DNA of 24,000 bases from assembly GCA_012839065.1 (NCBI GenBank), contig DUOC01000009.1, positions 3,923 through 27,922 of the forward strand, given 5' to 3'. Shown here in pieces: positions 1 through 9,192 of this stretch (position 1 is the stretch's first letter; each line of letters starts with the position of its first letter). The DNA is from Thermoanaerobacterales bacterium. GTDB taxonomy: Bacteria > Bacillota > Thermosediminibacteria > Koleobacterales > Koleobacteraceae. Under the pieces are notes generated by a model, which worked only from the letters and a program-made list of their open reading frames with translations, did no database searches and had not been told where the DNA came from. Both the position numbers and the translations under genes were made by a program.

Positions 1-1322
1 TCTACTAATAAAGGTATGTCTTCTATTCGTTTCCTCAAAGGTGGTATAAAAAGAGGGACTACATTAAGTCTATAATACAAATCTTCCCGGAATTTCCCCT
101 GTTTTACAGCTTTTTCTAAATCGAGATTTGTTGCAGCTATAATTCTAACATCAATTTCAACCGCCTTTGTGTCACCAACTCTTACTATTTCTTTTTCATG
201 CAAAACACGTAAAAGCTTTGTCTGTAAATTATATTTTATTTCTCCAATCTCATCTAAAAAAATTGTGCCGCCATTCGCTTGTTCAAATAAGCCTTTCTTA
301 CCCCCTCTTTTTGCACCGGTAAAAGCCCCTTCTATATAGCCGAAAAGCTCACTTTCTAAAAGCGGTTCGGATAAAGCTGTACAATTTACTCTTACAAATT
401 GATTATGTTTTCTTTTGCTTTGATTATGTATAGCATGTGCAAATATCTCTTTCCCTGTACCACTTTCCCCTCTTAGTAATACGGTTGCAGATGTATCTGC
501 TATTCTTTTTGCCTGTTCAATAACTGACTTGATAGATTTACTCTGTCCTATTATATCATCAAAAGTATACTTTGCTTCTAAATGTCGTATAAGCTTTTTA
601 GCTTTGTCAAGTTCTTCATTTAATTTTTTTATTTCTGAAACATCATGTATTACCCCTACACTGCCTTTCAGCTTTCCTTCCACCAAGATTGGGGCTACAT
701 TAACTACTACTTCTTTCTTATTTGGGCCAACTTTCATAGTTACTCCCCAAACAGGTTCCCCTGTTCTTAAAACTTGCATATGCATACTTTCTCCTTCTGC
801 GATATCAACAGTTGCAGGTTTGCCTATAACATCCTTTTCGGTTAAACCTGTCAGACGAGTGTATTCAGGGTTTACAAGGATACCATTTCCATGTTCATCA
901 ACAACTGAAATCGCATCTTGAGTTGAATTTATTATTGCTTTAAACATGCTTTTTATCTCTCTCAAATTAGTCAATTCATCTGCTAATTCTTGTATTCTCG
1001 ACAAATCCCTAAAAATCGCTACTGCACCAATTATCTTTTCTTTTTCCATAATTGGTAATCTGCTAGTTATTATAGTAGCCTCTCCAACTATTTGCTTTTG
1101 ATCTATTTCAGATTTTTTAGTCTTTAAAATAATATGTAAACGTGTATTTGGTATTACTTCTGTAATCGGTTTGCCATAGCTTTCTTTTGCATTTATATTC
1201 AATATCTTTTCAGCATATTTGTTAATGATAGTTATTTCTGCTTTATTGTTTATAGCAATAATTCCGTTGTTAATTGAATCAAGAATTACTCCTATTTCAT
1301 GCTTGCTAATGTTACTATACAT
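1..1322 (-). CDS. sigma-54-dependent transcriptional activator with two PAS-like N-terminal sensor domains; the C-terminus runs off the left edge
   Basis: Absent from the ORF track because it is open to the window edge. My translation from ATG 1322..1320 ([24 protein letters not shown]...) stays open to position 1. In frame it contains Walker A GESGTGKE (447-470), the sigma-54 contact motif GAFTGA (312-329) and a Walker-B-like IFLDEIGE. Confidence 0.85.
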   Translation of the reverse strand, partial: MYSNISKHEIGVILDSINNGIIAINNKAEITIINKYAEKILNINAKESYGKPITEVIPNTRLHIILKTKKSEIDQKQIVGEATIITSRLPIMEKEKIIGAVAIFRDLSRIQELADELTNLREIKSMFKAIINSTQDAISVVDEHGNGILVNPEYTRLTGLTEKDVIGKPATVDIAEGESMHMQVLRTGEPVWGVTMKVGPNKKEVVVNVAPILVEGKLKGSVGVIHDVSEIKKLNEELDKAKKLIRHLEAKYTFDDIIGQSKSIKSVIEQAKRIADTSATVLLRGESGTGKEIFAHAIHNQSKRKHNQFVRVNCTALSEPLLESELFGYIEGAFTGAKRGGKKGLFEQANGGTIFLDEIGEIKYNLQTKLLRVLHEKEIVRVGDTKAVEIDVRIIAATNLDLEKAVKQGKFREDLYYRLNVVPLFIPPLRKRIEDIPLLV

Positions 1323-1442
1323 AGTACACCCCCTCGCCTCTTTACTTTACTATGTTTAAACCCACATTTATTATAAACAATAGTTTTTTATTTATTTAAA
1401 TTCTCTGATATTACATTATTTCCTCTTTTATCTTTTTTGTTT

Positions 1443-2171
1443 TTAATCTGGTAATAATTTTTCTGATATTTTGTTAATTCCATAATGTCCTTTACAGTTC
1501 CCTTCAATTGATAAAACAAGAGAGATTTGACCATATATTGATTCTATATTATCTATAGTAGTTACATTCATCTTTTTATATTCTTCTAATAAAGTTATAT
1601 CATTTTCAATACAAATAACATTAATATTATTTGCTTTCAGGCTATCTATAAAAGGCAAACATATTTCTTTGACTTTTTCGCTATTTTCCGTTTGTGAGCT
1701 ATCTCTAATAATGATTATATGATCCGGTTTCCCAGAAAAATAATCATCTAATGAAACCGATTCGACAACATTAGACGACAGATCTGTTTCGAATAATATC
1801 TTTCTACCTATTACTTCAGCCCCTGATGCTTCTATTTTTTTTATTATTTCATTACAAATAGTGGTTTCATTAATTTCTATAAATGCTATTTTTTTATTCA
1901 TTAATCTATTTTCCAAAATTTGTTCTATATTTTTTTCTAGGAAATTCTCAATACTTTTAAGATGTGCATTTAAAGCAGAAATTTCTTGCTGATATAATTT
2001 GTTTTTTTCACGTAAATATGAAAATTCTAATTCCAATTTGTCTATCAGATTCTTTTGTTCTTGATTAAATACATCATTTTCATTTATGGTTATACCTATA
2101 AATATCCCTATGCCTAATGTTAAAAAAATAGCTATTATAGAAAAAATATAATATTTATCATTTATAAACAA
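1443..2171 (-). CDS. MctB/SteB-like membrane protein (the family annotated as copper transporter): N-terminal TM helix followed by a coiled coil
   Basis: 242-aa ORF with a TTG start and GGAGG 8 nt upstream. The N-terminus MFINDKYYIFSIIAIFLTLGIGIFIGI matches the pattern I recall for MctB-family proteins. It sits immediately downstream of a SteA-like gene, which is the usual pairing. Confidence 0.5.
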   Translation of the reverse strand: MFINDKYYIFSIIAIFLTLGIGIFIGITINENDVFNQEQKNLIDKLELEFSYLREKNKLYQQEISALNAHLKSIENFLEKNIEQILENRLMNKKIAFIEINETTICNEIIKKIEASGAEVIGRKILFETDLSSNVVESVSLDDYFSGKPDHIIIIRDSSQTENSEKVKEICLPFIDSLKANNINVICIENDITLLEEYKKMNVTTIDNIESIYGQISLVLSIEGNCKGHYGINKISEKLLPD

Positions 2172-2186
2172 ACAAATAACCTCCAG

Positions 2187-3314
2187 TTAAAATCCTCTAA
2201 TCAGTTTCAATTTCATAATTAATGCTTTTACAAAATATTTTATGTGTGAAGAAGAAGTTCCTATAATAAATAATGGTAAAAGTGATGAGAACATTATTGC
2301 AATTATATACCTCATTTTGAAGTTAGTACTATATAATTTACTTACTCCTTTTGCGTCTACAAGAATCGATCCCACTTTTAATCTTACTAGAAATGTGCTA
2401 GACATCCCGTTTCTACCTTTTTCTAAAAAATCTATCATATTAGAATGAGTACCTACGGCAACAATCAAATCCGCACCCTTTTCAAAGGCGAGCAGCATTG
2501 CGATATCTTCGCTAGTCCCCGGAGCAGCGAAAATTTTATAATTTAATCCAAGTTTTTTCACACGTTCAAGCCCGGGAGCTGTACCATCCGGGTATGCATG
2601 GACAATAATTTCAGCACCTGATTTTAAGCATTTATCGCTTATACTGTCCATATCTCCAATTATAATATTTGGTTTAAGACCAAACTCCATTATTGCATCG
2701 CCACCACCATCTACCCCAATTAAAATAGGTTTTTTTTCTTGTATATAAGACTTTATTGTATATAAGTCTTTTTTATAATCCCTGCCTCTCACAACAATTA
2801 AAGCATGTTTATTTTTGAATGATATATTTGTTTCAGGGATGTTTAAATCCCATAAAAAAGTGTACTTCTCCTTCTTTATATATTCTACTGTATTTTCAAT
2901 AAACTTTTCCATTTCTATATTCATATTCCTCTTTGCATCTTCATACCTTGATTTATATAATTTAAAATCTAACATATTACCTTCACTAATAACTTTTTTA
3001 TTTGATAATATTATTCTCTTATTTTTAATGTAAACTACATCACCATCTTTTAGTTTATTAAATATATCTTTATCATTGGTTTCTATAAGAAAAACACCTG
3101 CTTTTAAAAGAATATATGGACCTAATGTTGGGTATTTGCCCGAAATAAACTTTTTTGTATTTATCACAGCCTTAACTTTTTTTGCTAATAAGGATTCTGC
3201 AGCAACTTCATCAAGATCTTGATGATCAATAATTCCTATATCACCAGGCTTTAATCTGTTGATTAATTTTTTCGTTTTTTTATCTAACTTTACTTTTCCG
3301 CTGATCAAATTCAT
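2187..3314 (-). CDS. steA: SteA-like protein: thiamine-pyrophosphokinase-like catalytic fold plus a C-terminal membrane anchor
   Basis: 375-aa ORF with a GDMDS motif (IIIGDMDSISDK), GVDGGGD, and a hydrophobic C-terminal tail (YIIAIMFSSLLPLFIIG). The family assignment is from memory of the SteA/TPK_catalytic+TPPK_C architecture. Confidence 0.6.
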   Translation of the reverse strand: MNLISGKVKLDKKTKKLINRLKPGDIGIIDHQDLDEVAAESLLAKKVKAVINTKKFISGKYPTLGPYILLKAGVFLIETNDKDIFNKLKDGDVVYIKNKRIILSNKKVISEGNMLDFKLYKSRYEDAKRNMNIEMEKFIENTVEYIKKEKYTFLWDLNIPETNISFKNKHALIVVRGRDYKKDLYTIKSYIQEKKPILIGVDGGGDAIMEFGLKPNIIIGDMDSISDKCLKSGAEIIVHAYPDGTAPGLERVKKLGLNYKIFAAPGTSEDIAMLLAFEKGADLIVAVGTHSNMIDFLEKGRNGMSSTFLVRLKVGSILVDAKGVSKLYSTNFKMRYIIAIMFSSLLPLFIIGTSSSHIKYFVKALIMKLKLIRGF

Positions 3315-3390
3315 AGATTATTACCCCGCTATTAATTTATATCTCTATTTATTATTCTTCAGTCTTAATAATTTTATAAAATAGTTAAAA

Positions 3391-3495
3391 TTATAATACT
3401 TGTCCATATGCTTGAATCGTTTTTTTAGATAGATTTTTTGAAGTGCAATATAGAAGGAAGTGATCTATTTGAAATTCAAAATTTGTCAAAAACAA
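3391..3495 (-). pseudogene. remnant of the N-terminus (SAM-like core-binding domain) of a tyrosine recombinase/integrase, 34 codons then a stop
   Basis: My translation is (M)FLTNFEFQIDHFLLYCTSKNLSKKTIQAYGQVL*. GGAGG lies at 3506..3502, 6 nt before TTG 3495..3493. The F-x-x-Y-C-x-S-K-N-L-S-x-K-T-I-x-x-Y pattern is typical of integrase N-termini. The ORF ends after 34 aa and no catalytic domain follows. Confidence 0.4.
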
Positions 3496-3519
3496 AAAAC
3501 ACCTCCTTTCATTGAAATT

Positions 3520-3543
3520 GGTCAAAATCAATCAATTTTAACC
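3520..3543 (-). terminator. weak hairpin downstream of spo0A, a possible terminator
   Basis: On the minus strand GGTTAAAAT-tgattg-ATTTTGACC forms 9 bp including one G-U. The trailing sequence is only modestly U-rich. Confidence 0.25.
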
Positions 3544-3659
3544 ATCCAATAAACTAGAGATGTTTATAACATTAATTTTCTTAAGTTTATAAGTTTACAC
3601 CAGTATACTTTTAAAGAGTTTATAGGCTTTGTATTCTCTGTAACTTTGATATAATTGCT

Positions 3660-4451
3660 TCAACTTACTTTTAGTTCCATCCTTAATTTATCTGCGATCA
3701 AGGCTATAAATTCTGAATTTGTAGGTTTCCCTTTCTGAGAGTGAATTGTGTAACCAAATAGTTCATTTATTGTTTCAACACAACCTCTATTCCAGGCAAT
3801 TTCTATTGCATGTCTAATTGCTCTTTCAACTCTGCTTGGTGTAGTATTGTATTTACGAGCTATATTTGGATATAGTTCTTTTGTAACTGCACCTAATAAA
3901 TCCATATTATTAACAACTAACCCTATAGCCTCCCTTAAGTAAAAATATCCCTTTACATGAGCAGGAACTCCAATCTCATGTATTATATTAGTTATCATTA
4001 CCTCAAGTGATTGATGGTTTTTGGATATCATATTATTCGTAGCTATACTAGTTCTATTATTTAGTACTAAATTATCTTTTTTGTTACATAGCTCTCTAAT
4101 TCTATCAACTAATAGATTCATATCAAACGGTTTAACCATATAATAATCTGCTCCTAAACTTACTGCCCTTTGAGTTATATTATCTTGTCCTACAGCAGAT
4201 AAAACAATTACCTTTGGAAATCCTTTATTCTTTTTTAATTGTTCTAATACACCCAAACCATCAACGTGAGGCATTATTATGTCAAGCACAATTAAATCTA
4301 CTGAATGTTCATTTGCCAAATTTAATACAGCTTGACCATCTAAAGCTTTAGCGACTATTTCAATATCTTCTTGTTGATTTAAAAATTCTTCTAATATATC
4401 ACAGAAATCCTCATTATCATCCGCTATTATTACCTTTATTTTATCTTTCAT
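3660..4451 (-). CDS. spo0A: Spo0A, master sporulation response regulator
   Basis: Receiver domain ([11 protein letters not shown]...[14 protein letters not shown]) plus the Spo0A-specific C-terminal DNA-binding domain ([19 protein letters not shown]...[18 protein letters not shown]). The track start at 4466 is probably over-extended: the GGGGGGA in ATGGGGGGATTCATTATG serves as an SD for the ATG at 4451. Confidence 0.97.
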   Translation of the reverse strand: MKDKIKVIIADDNEDFCDILEEFLNQQEDIEIVAKALDGQAVLNLANEHSVDLIVLDIIMPHVDGLGVLEQLKKNKGFPKVIVLSAVGQDNITQRAVSLGADYYMVKPFDMNLLVDRIRELCNKKDNLVLNNRTSIATNNMISKNHQSLEVMITNIIHEIGVPAHVKGYFYLREAIGLVVNNMDLLGAVTKELYPNIARKYNTTPSRVERAIRHAIEIAWNRGCVETINELFGYTIHSQKGKPTNSEFIALIADKLRMELKVS

Positions 4452-4486
4452 AATGAATCCCCCCATTTTATTTAATTATTCATACT

Positions 4487-4515
4487 ATTCGACATTGTCT
4501 TTACAATATCCTCCT
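4487..4515 (-). promoter_or_regulatory. candidate sigma-H-type promoter with an overlapping Spo0A box (TGTCGAA) upstream of spo0A
   Basis: The minus strand reads AGGAGGATAT-tgtaaagacaa-TGTCGAAT. AGGA (4512..4509) and GAAT (4490..4487) are separated by 18 nt, which fits the AGGAwww-N12-rnnGAAT spacing. A perfect 0A box, TGTCGAA, lies at 4494..4488, about 40 nt before the ATG. Confidence 0.45.
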
Positions 4516-4539
4516 ATTATTCCATATTTTATTATTTTT

Positions 4540-5850
4540 TTAAAAGCAGGTAATAGCTTTTTCGCAATTTTTATCTATTTCTGTAATTGGATTCAACATC
4601 CATTCTGCAAAAATTCCATATCCTTTTGCTGGAGAATTAACAAAAACATGTGTTACAGCACCTATTAGCTTTCCCTTTTGGATAATTGGACTTCCACTCA
4701 TACCCTGAATTATACCGCCGGTTTGATCTAATAATCTTGGATCTGTTACTTTTATTATCATTCCCTTTCCATCGGGTTTGTTTTGGTTAAATATTTTAAT
4801 AATTTCTATCCTAAATTTCTCTATTTTATCATCCTGAATTACGGTTAATATCTCAGCTGGGCCTTCTTGTATTTCTTCAATCATTGCGATGGGTATTGTA
4901 TCATAAAAAGGATTCATTAATTTTTGATTTAGTTTCCCATAAATTCCAAATGTTGTGTTAGTCATAATCTTTCCTATTATATCTGATTCTTGAATAAAAA
5001 CTCCTTTTTTTTCACCTGGGCGATTTTTTTCGCCTTTTTCTATAGATGTAACTTTTGCTTTAATTATTTCTCCATCACTTATTTCAATAGGTTTACCAGT
5101 ATCAATATCTGTTATTATATGTCCTAATGCTGCAAAAAACATATTATTAGGGTCATAAAAAGTAAGAGTACCTACCCCAGCAGCTACATCTCTAACCCAT
5201 AAGCCTAATTGATATAATTTATCATGATTGTTAAAAATTGGTTCGACAGAGAGCGTTAATATCTTTGAATCTCTATTTAACTTTATTTCAATATTAGAAC
5301 CTTTTGCTTTATTGACAAGTTCTGTCATATGATCGACATCTAGTATCTTTTCATTATTGATTTCCATTAAAACATCCCCAATAAGAATACCAGCTTTTTT
5401 CCCTGGGCTATATCTTCTATTATTACAGTCTGTTATATTTGAGTAACCTACTACTATAAGACCATTGGATCTTAGCTTTACACCTATAGAGTGACCACCC
5501 GGCACTACATTTTTTTCAGGTACCACATCTACTTTTATCTTTTTAATAGGTAAAAATCCTATGTTAAATTCCAGGTTTGTTGTGCCTTGATCTAAAAATT
5601 TTAATGAAATTGGTTTTGATAAATCTACTATGAAATTATCTTGGTTTAATGTACTACCATTAATAAGGAAACCAAAATTATCAGATTTGACTTTTGCATT
5701 AATGGGGAAATTGAACTCTAAAACTTTTTCATCTCCTTGAATTACTGTAAATTCATCGGGTAAATTGGAAATTTTATCATAATAAAAAAGGAATGCAAAA
5801 ATTATTAAGATAAAAACTAATAATAGATGCATTTTTGTCTTTTTACGCAA
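4540..5850 (-). CDS. spoIVB: SpoIVB signalling serine peptidase (S55) with a PDZ domain
   Basis: N-terminal TM segment, PDZ-like region (GILIGDVLMEINNEKI) and catalytic-serine region GGIIQGMSGSPII. The preferred start is TTG 5850, with GGAAGGTGG 7 nt upstream. The track start at 5886 is also TTG but has no SD. Confidence 0.93.
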   Translation of the reverse strand: MRKKTKMHLLLVFILIIFAFLFYYDKISNLPDEFTVIQGDEKVLEFNFPINAKVKSDNFGFLINGSTLNQDNFIVDLSKPISLKFLDQGTTNLEFNIGFLPIKKIKVDVVPEKNVVPGGHSIGVKLRSNGLIVVGYSNITDCNNRRYSPGKKAGILIGDVLMEINNEKILDVDHMTELVNKAKGSNIEIKLNRDSKILTLSVEPIFNNHDKLYQLGLWVRDVAAGVGTLTFYDPNNMFFAALGHIITDIDTGKPIEISDGEIIKAKVTSIEKGEKNRPGEKKGVFIQESDIIGKIMTNTTFGIYGKLNQKLMNPFYDTIPIAMIEEIQEGPAEILTVIQDDKIEKFRIEIIKIFNQNKPDGKGMIIKVTDPRLLDQTGGIIQGMSGSPIIQKGKLIGAVTHVFVNSPAKGYGIFAEWMLNPITEIDKNCEKAITCF

Positions 5851-5902
5851 AGGAATTCCACCTTCCTTTTGTTTGATTAGATTCAATTTTTAGTCTAACA
5901 TT

Positions 5903-5931
5903 TAAAATAACCTATTTATTTTATTTTATAC
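5903..5931 (-). promoter_or_regulatory. possible forespore-type (sigma-F/G-like) promoter for spoIVB
   Basis: On the minus strand, GTATA (5931..5927), a 14-nt spacer, then GGTTATTTTA (5912..5903). This only partially resembles my recollection of the GYATA / GGnnAnAnTw pattern. Confidence 0.2.
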
Positions 5932-5946
5932 TGTAAAGGAAAGCAG

Positions 5947-5974
5947 AAAAAAGCCGGTATCATTTGACCCGGCT
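5947..5974 (-). terminator. rho-independent terminator after recN
   Basis: On the minus strand AGCCGG-11 nt loop-CCGGCT is followed by TTTTTT. The stem overlaps the recN TAG stop codon. Confidence 0.7.
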
Positions 5975-7724
5975 ATTTATTGCGATTTTTTATTTTTTTA
6001 TTTAATGTTTTAGCATTTTCTATCATCTGTTTTGCATGATCAAGCGTTATATCTGTAATATTTGAACCTTCTAGCATTCTGGCTAGTTCAGTTATCCTTT
6101 GGCTTTCTTCTAGTCTTTTTATTTTGGTGTTTGTAAATTTATCTGTAGTAATTTTTTCTATATAGAAATGATTATCAGCCATACAAGCTATTTGAGGAAG
6201 GTGAGTTATACAAATTGTTTGATGACTTTTTGAAATATATAATAATTTTTCTGCTACTATTTGAGCAGTCGCTCCACTTATGCCTGAATCAATTTCATCA
6301 AAAATTAGAGTTGGGATACTGTCTACCCTGGCTAATATTGATTTAAGCGCTAACATTATCCTAGACATTTCACCACCAGATATTATTTTTGATAGTGGCT
6401 TTAGTGGTTCCCCTGGATTTGTTGATATTAAAAATTCTACTATATCGATTCCTTTATTCGTTACTGAAATATATTGTTCACCTATTTTTATACCAGCTTT
6501 ATTATCTTCTTGATGTTCAAAGGCAATACTGAATCTGGTTTTACCCATCCCTAATTCATATAATTCTTTAGTAATTTCTCTTTCAAGGATCTTAGCATTT
6601 GTTTTTCTTTTTTCGGATAAACTTAACGATAAATCTACTAACTCCTTTTCTGTTTTGTTCTTTTGATTTATCAATTTATCAATGTTTTCTTTTATATTTA
6701 CAAGTTCATCTATTTCTTTTTTAGCTTTTTTATAATAATCCAGTATTTCTTCTGTGCTGCTATACCCATATTTCCTTTTTAATTGATTTAGATAATTTAA
6801 TCTCGTTTCAATTTCATTTAAACGATCCTGATTAAATACTATAGTATCTCGATATGTTCGTAAATCTGCCGAAATATCTTCAATTTTGAAAAAAATATCT
6901 TTTAATGTGTTTAAAATTTTATCTTGTTTTTGATCTATACTATTTATATTTTCTATTTGTTCTATAGTTTCTGATAATGTGTCATATACTGCTTGTCTAT
7001 CATCATCACCTTGGTATAATAACTGATATGCTGTTGATGCACTTAAAAACAATCTTTCAGAATTTGATAAGATTTTTTTCTCTTGATTAAGTTCTTCTTC
7101 TTCTCCAGGTTTAAGGTTTGCTCTCTCTAATTCGGCTGTTTGAAATTTGAGGAACTCAAGTTTTTGCTCTCTTTCTTGTTCTTTTTCTTTTAATTCTATA
7201 AATTTGTTATGTAAATCTTTATATTGCCTATATGTATATGATAATTTTTGCCTAATTGCTAATAATTCATTACCGCCAAACATATCTAATAGATCAATAT
7301 GTTTATCAGGGTTTAATAGTGATTGATGTTCATGTTGACCATGTATGTCGATAAGGAGTTGTCCAATTTGTCTTATAAGCCCTAGATTAACCGGTTTTGA
7401 GTTTATACGACAAATATTTTTCCCTGTATCCGAAATTTCTCTAGATATAATAATAACATCATCCTCATACTCGATATCATAATCGTTAAGTATCTTTTTA
7501 ACATTTGTATCATTTATGTAGAAGATACCGTATATTTCGGCTTTTTCTCTACCAGTTTTTATATACTCAACAGAAGCACGAGCTCCTAAAAGAAGACTAA
7601 TCGCATCAATTATTATAGATTTTCCAGCACCTGTTTCACCAGTTATAATATTAAGCCCCTCAGTAAATTCCATTTTAATATTGTCAATTATAGTAAAATC
7701 CTTAACATACAATTCAAGGAGCAA
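5973..7724 (-). CDS. recN: DNA repair protein RecN (SMC-like ATPase)
   Basis: 583 aa with N-terminal Walker A GETGAGKS, a long central coiled coil, a C-terminal signature ISGGEMSRIMLALK and Walker B LIFDEIDSG. Confidence 0.95.
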   Translation of the reverse strand: MLLELYVKDFTIIDNIKMEFTEGLNIITGETGAGKSIIIDAISLLLGARASVEYIKTGREKAEIYGIFYINDTNVKKILNDYDIEYEDDVIIISREISDTGKNICRINSKPVNLGLIRQIGQLLIDIHGQHEHQSLLNPDKHIDLLDMFGGNELLAIRQKLSYTYRQYKDLHNKFIELKEKEQEREQKLEFLKFQTAELERANLKPGEEEELNQEKKILSNSERLFLSASTAYQLLYQGDDDRQAVYDTLSETIEQIENINSIDQKQDKILNTLKDIFFKIEDISADLRTYRDTIVFNQDRLNEIETRLNYLNQLKRKYGYSSTEEILDYYKKAKKEIDELVNIKENIDKLINQKNKTEKELVDLSLSLSEKRKTNAKILEREITKELYELGMGKTRFSIAFEHQEDNKAGIKIGEQYISVTNKGIDIVEFLISTNPGEPLKPLSKIISGGEMSRIMLALKSILARVDSIPTLIFDEIDSGISGATAQIVAEKLLYISKSHQTICITHLPQIACMADNHFYIEKITTDKFTNTKIKRLEESQRITELARMLEGSNITDITLDHAKQMIENAKTLNKKIKNRNK

Positions 7725-7741
7725 AACAACCCCTCCCCAAT

Positions 7742-8191
7742 TTACTTCATCAAACTCTTAAATCTTTCTAACAGATCTTTAACCCCAGATTTAGATCTCA
7801 CAATAACCAAAATGGTATCATCACCAGCTATAGTTCCCACTATCTCTTTCCACTGAAGAGCATCTATAGCTGCTGCAGCCGCATTAGCAGCGCCTGTTAG
7901 AGTTTTAATTACTATCAAGTTATCACTGTGATCAAAACCCACAATAGATTCTTTGAACATTCTTACAAGCCTTTCAGATATATTATTAGTTTTTGTATCA
8001 GGTAGAGCATATCTGTATTTGTTGTTTTCTGTTAACACCTTAATTAATCTTAATTCTTTAATATCCCGTGAAATAGTAGCTTGAGTTACATTGAAACCTT
8101 GTTCCTTTAGTTCTTCAGCTAATTCATCTTGTGTTTCAATAGGTTTTTTCGTTATAATTTCTAATATTTTAACATGCCTATCGGCTTTCAC
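7742..8191 (-). CDS. argR: arginine repressor ArgR/AhrC
   Basis: 149 aa. Winged-helix N-terminus ([27 protein letters not shown]) and C-terminal oligomerisation domain ([12 protein letters not shown]). Confidence 0.93.
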   Translation of the reverse strand: MKADRHVKILEIITKKPIETQDELAEELKEQGFNVTQATISRDIKELRLIKVLTENNKYRYALPDTKTNNISERLVRMFKESIVGFDHSDNLIVIKTLTGAANAAAAAIDALQWKEIVGTIAGDDTILVIVRSKSGVKDLLERFKSLMK

Positions 8192-8205
8192 CTATCGGAT
8201 CCCTC

Positions 8206-9057
8206 CTATGTCCTTTCTTTTAGTTTTTTCCTTAAGATTTCGTAAAAATTACGTTTTTTTAATCTTATTAATTTTGTATTAAAATCAGCCTTCCCTATAT
8301 TTACCTCATCTTCAGGCTTCAGTCTAAAGCCTTGCTGTCCGTCTACAGTAAGCATGATATCTTTATGGTCAGCAATTATTTTAACTTTAACTTTGTCGGA
8401 ATCCGATATGACAAGACTTCGCGTATATAAAGAGTGTGGGCATATAGGTGTAATTAAAAGAAGATTTAAGTTAGGGTTTACTATTGGACCTCCTGCTGCA
8501 AGTGAATATGCAGTTGAACCGGTAGGCGTAGATATGATTAGTCCATCTGCCGGATAAGTTTCAACATATTCATCATTAACATAAGTCTCTAGCATAATCA
8601 GTCTTGCAAATGAGCCTTTAGTTATAACTATATCATTTAGCGCATAGAAGTTTTTGTCTTTTAAATCCGGGTTTTCAAACCAAGCTTTTAACATCATCCT
8701 ATCTTCAATAAAATAATTATTATTTATTACTTCATTGAAGCCCTTGAACAATTCCGGTATTTCCAGTTCAGTTAAAAAACCAAGATGCCCGAAATTCACA
8801 CCAAGTATTGGTATTTCTTTGTAAGATACTTCTCTTGCAACTCTAAGCAATGTACCATCCCCGCCTAAGGAAATCACTAAATCGAGTTTATCTAGTGACT
8901 CCTCTAGTGGTATGTTAACTGGTATGTTTAAATGTTGATATGCTTCTTCAGGAATATAAACATGTATACCTTTACTTTTAAGCCATTTTATTGCATCTTT
9001 AGTTATGTATTCAACATTTTGCTTCTTTAAGTTCGGATAAATACCAATATGCTTCAT
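8206..9057 (-). CDS. nadK: NAD+ kinase
   Basis: 283 aa with the GGDGTLL motif and the NDxxxxxG / [16 protein letters not shown] region characteristic of NadK/PpnK. Confidence 0.93.
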   Translation of the reverse strand: MKHIGIYPNLKKQNVEYITKDAIKWLKSKGIHVYIPEEAYQHLNIPVNIPLEESLDKLDLVISLGGDGTLLRVAREVSYKEIPILGVNFGHLGFLTELEIPELFKGFNEVINNNYFIEDRMMLKAWFENPDLKDKNFYALNDIVITKGSFARLIMLETYVNDEYVETYPADGLIISTPTGSTAYSLAAGGPIVNPNLNLLLITPICPHSLYTRSLVISDSDKVKVKIIADHKDIMLTVDGQQGFRLKPEDEVNIGKADFNTKLIRLKKRNFYEILRKKLKERT

Positions 9058-9162
9058 ATTTTCATCCCCTTAAACTGGTACTTATATTTTGACGTGCAAT
9101 AATATAGAGTTTCTATATATCCCATAATATATATTCAACATTTAAATATATTAATCCTTTTA

Positions 9163-9190
9163 AATAAAAACAGTATGCAAAAAGCATACC
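9163..9190 (-). terminator. weak rho-independent terminator candidate after tlyA
   Basis: On the minus strand GTATGC-ttttt-GCATAC is followed by tgtttttattt. The stem is only 6 bp. Confidence 0.4.
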
Positions 9191-9192
9191 TC

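Noticed and set aside
529-921. Plus-strand ORFs throughout the track, for example 529-921, 2242-2448, 9410-10030, 12234-12548, 15109-15708, 19645-20007, 20865-21191 and 22306-22632
   Set aside because: All lie antisense to strongly supported minus-strand genes. They have low-complexity S/F/I/L-rich translations typical of shadow frames in AT-rich DNA, and they lack SD sequences.
9058-9192. The 135-nt tlyA-nadK spacer, considered as a possible riboswitch or leader
   Set aside because: It is AT-rich with no stable conserved-looking structure apart from the weak terminator hairpin. I could not align a convincing -35/-10 pair either.
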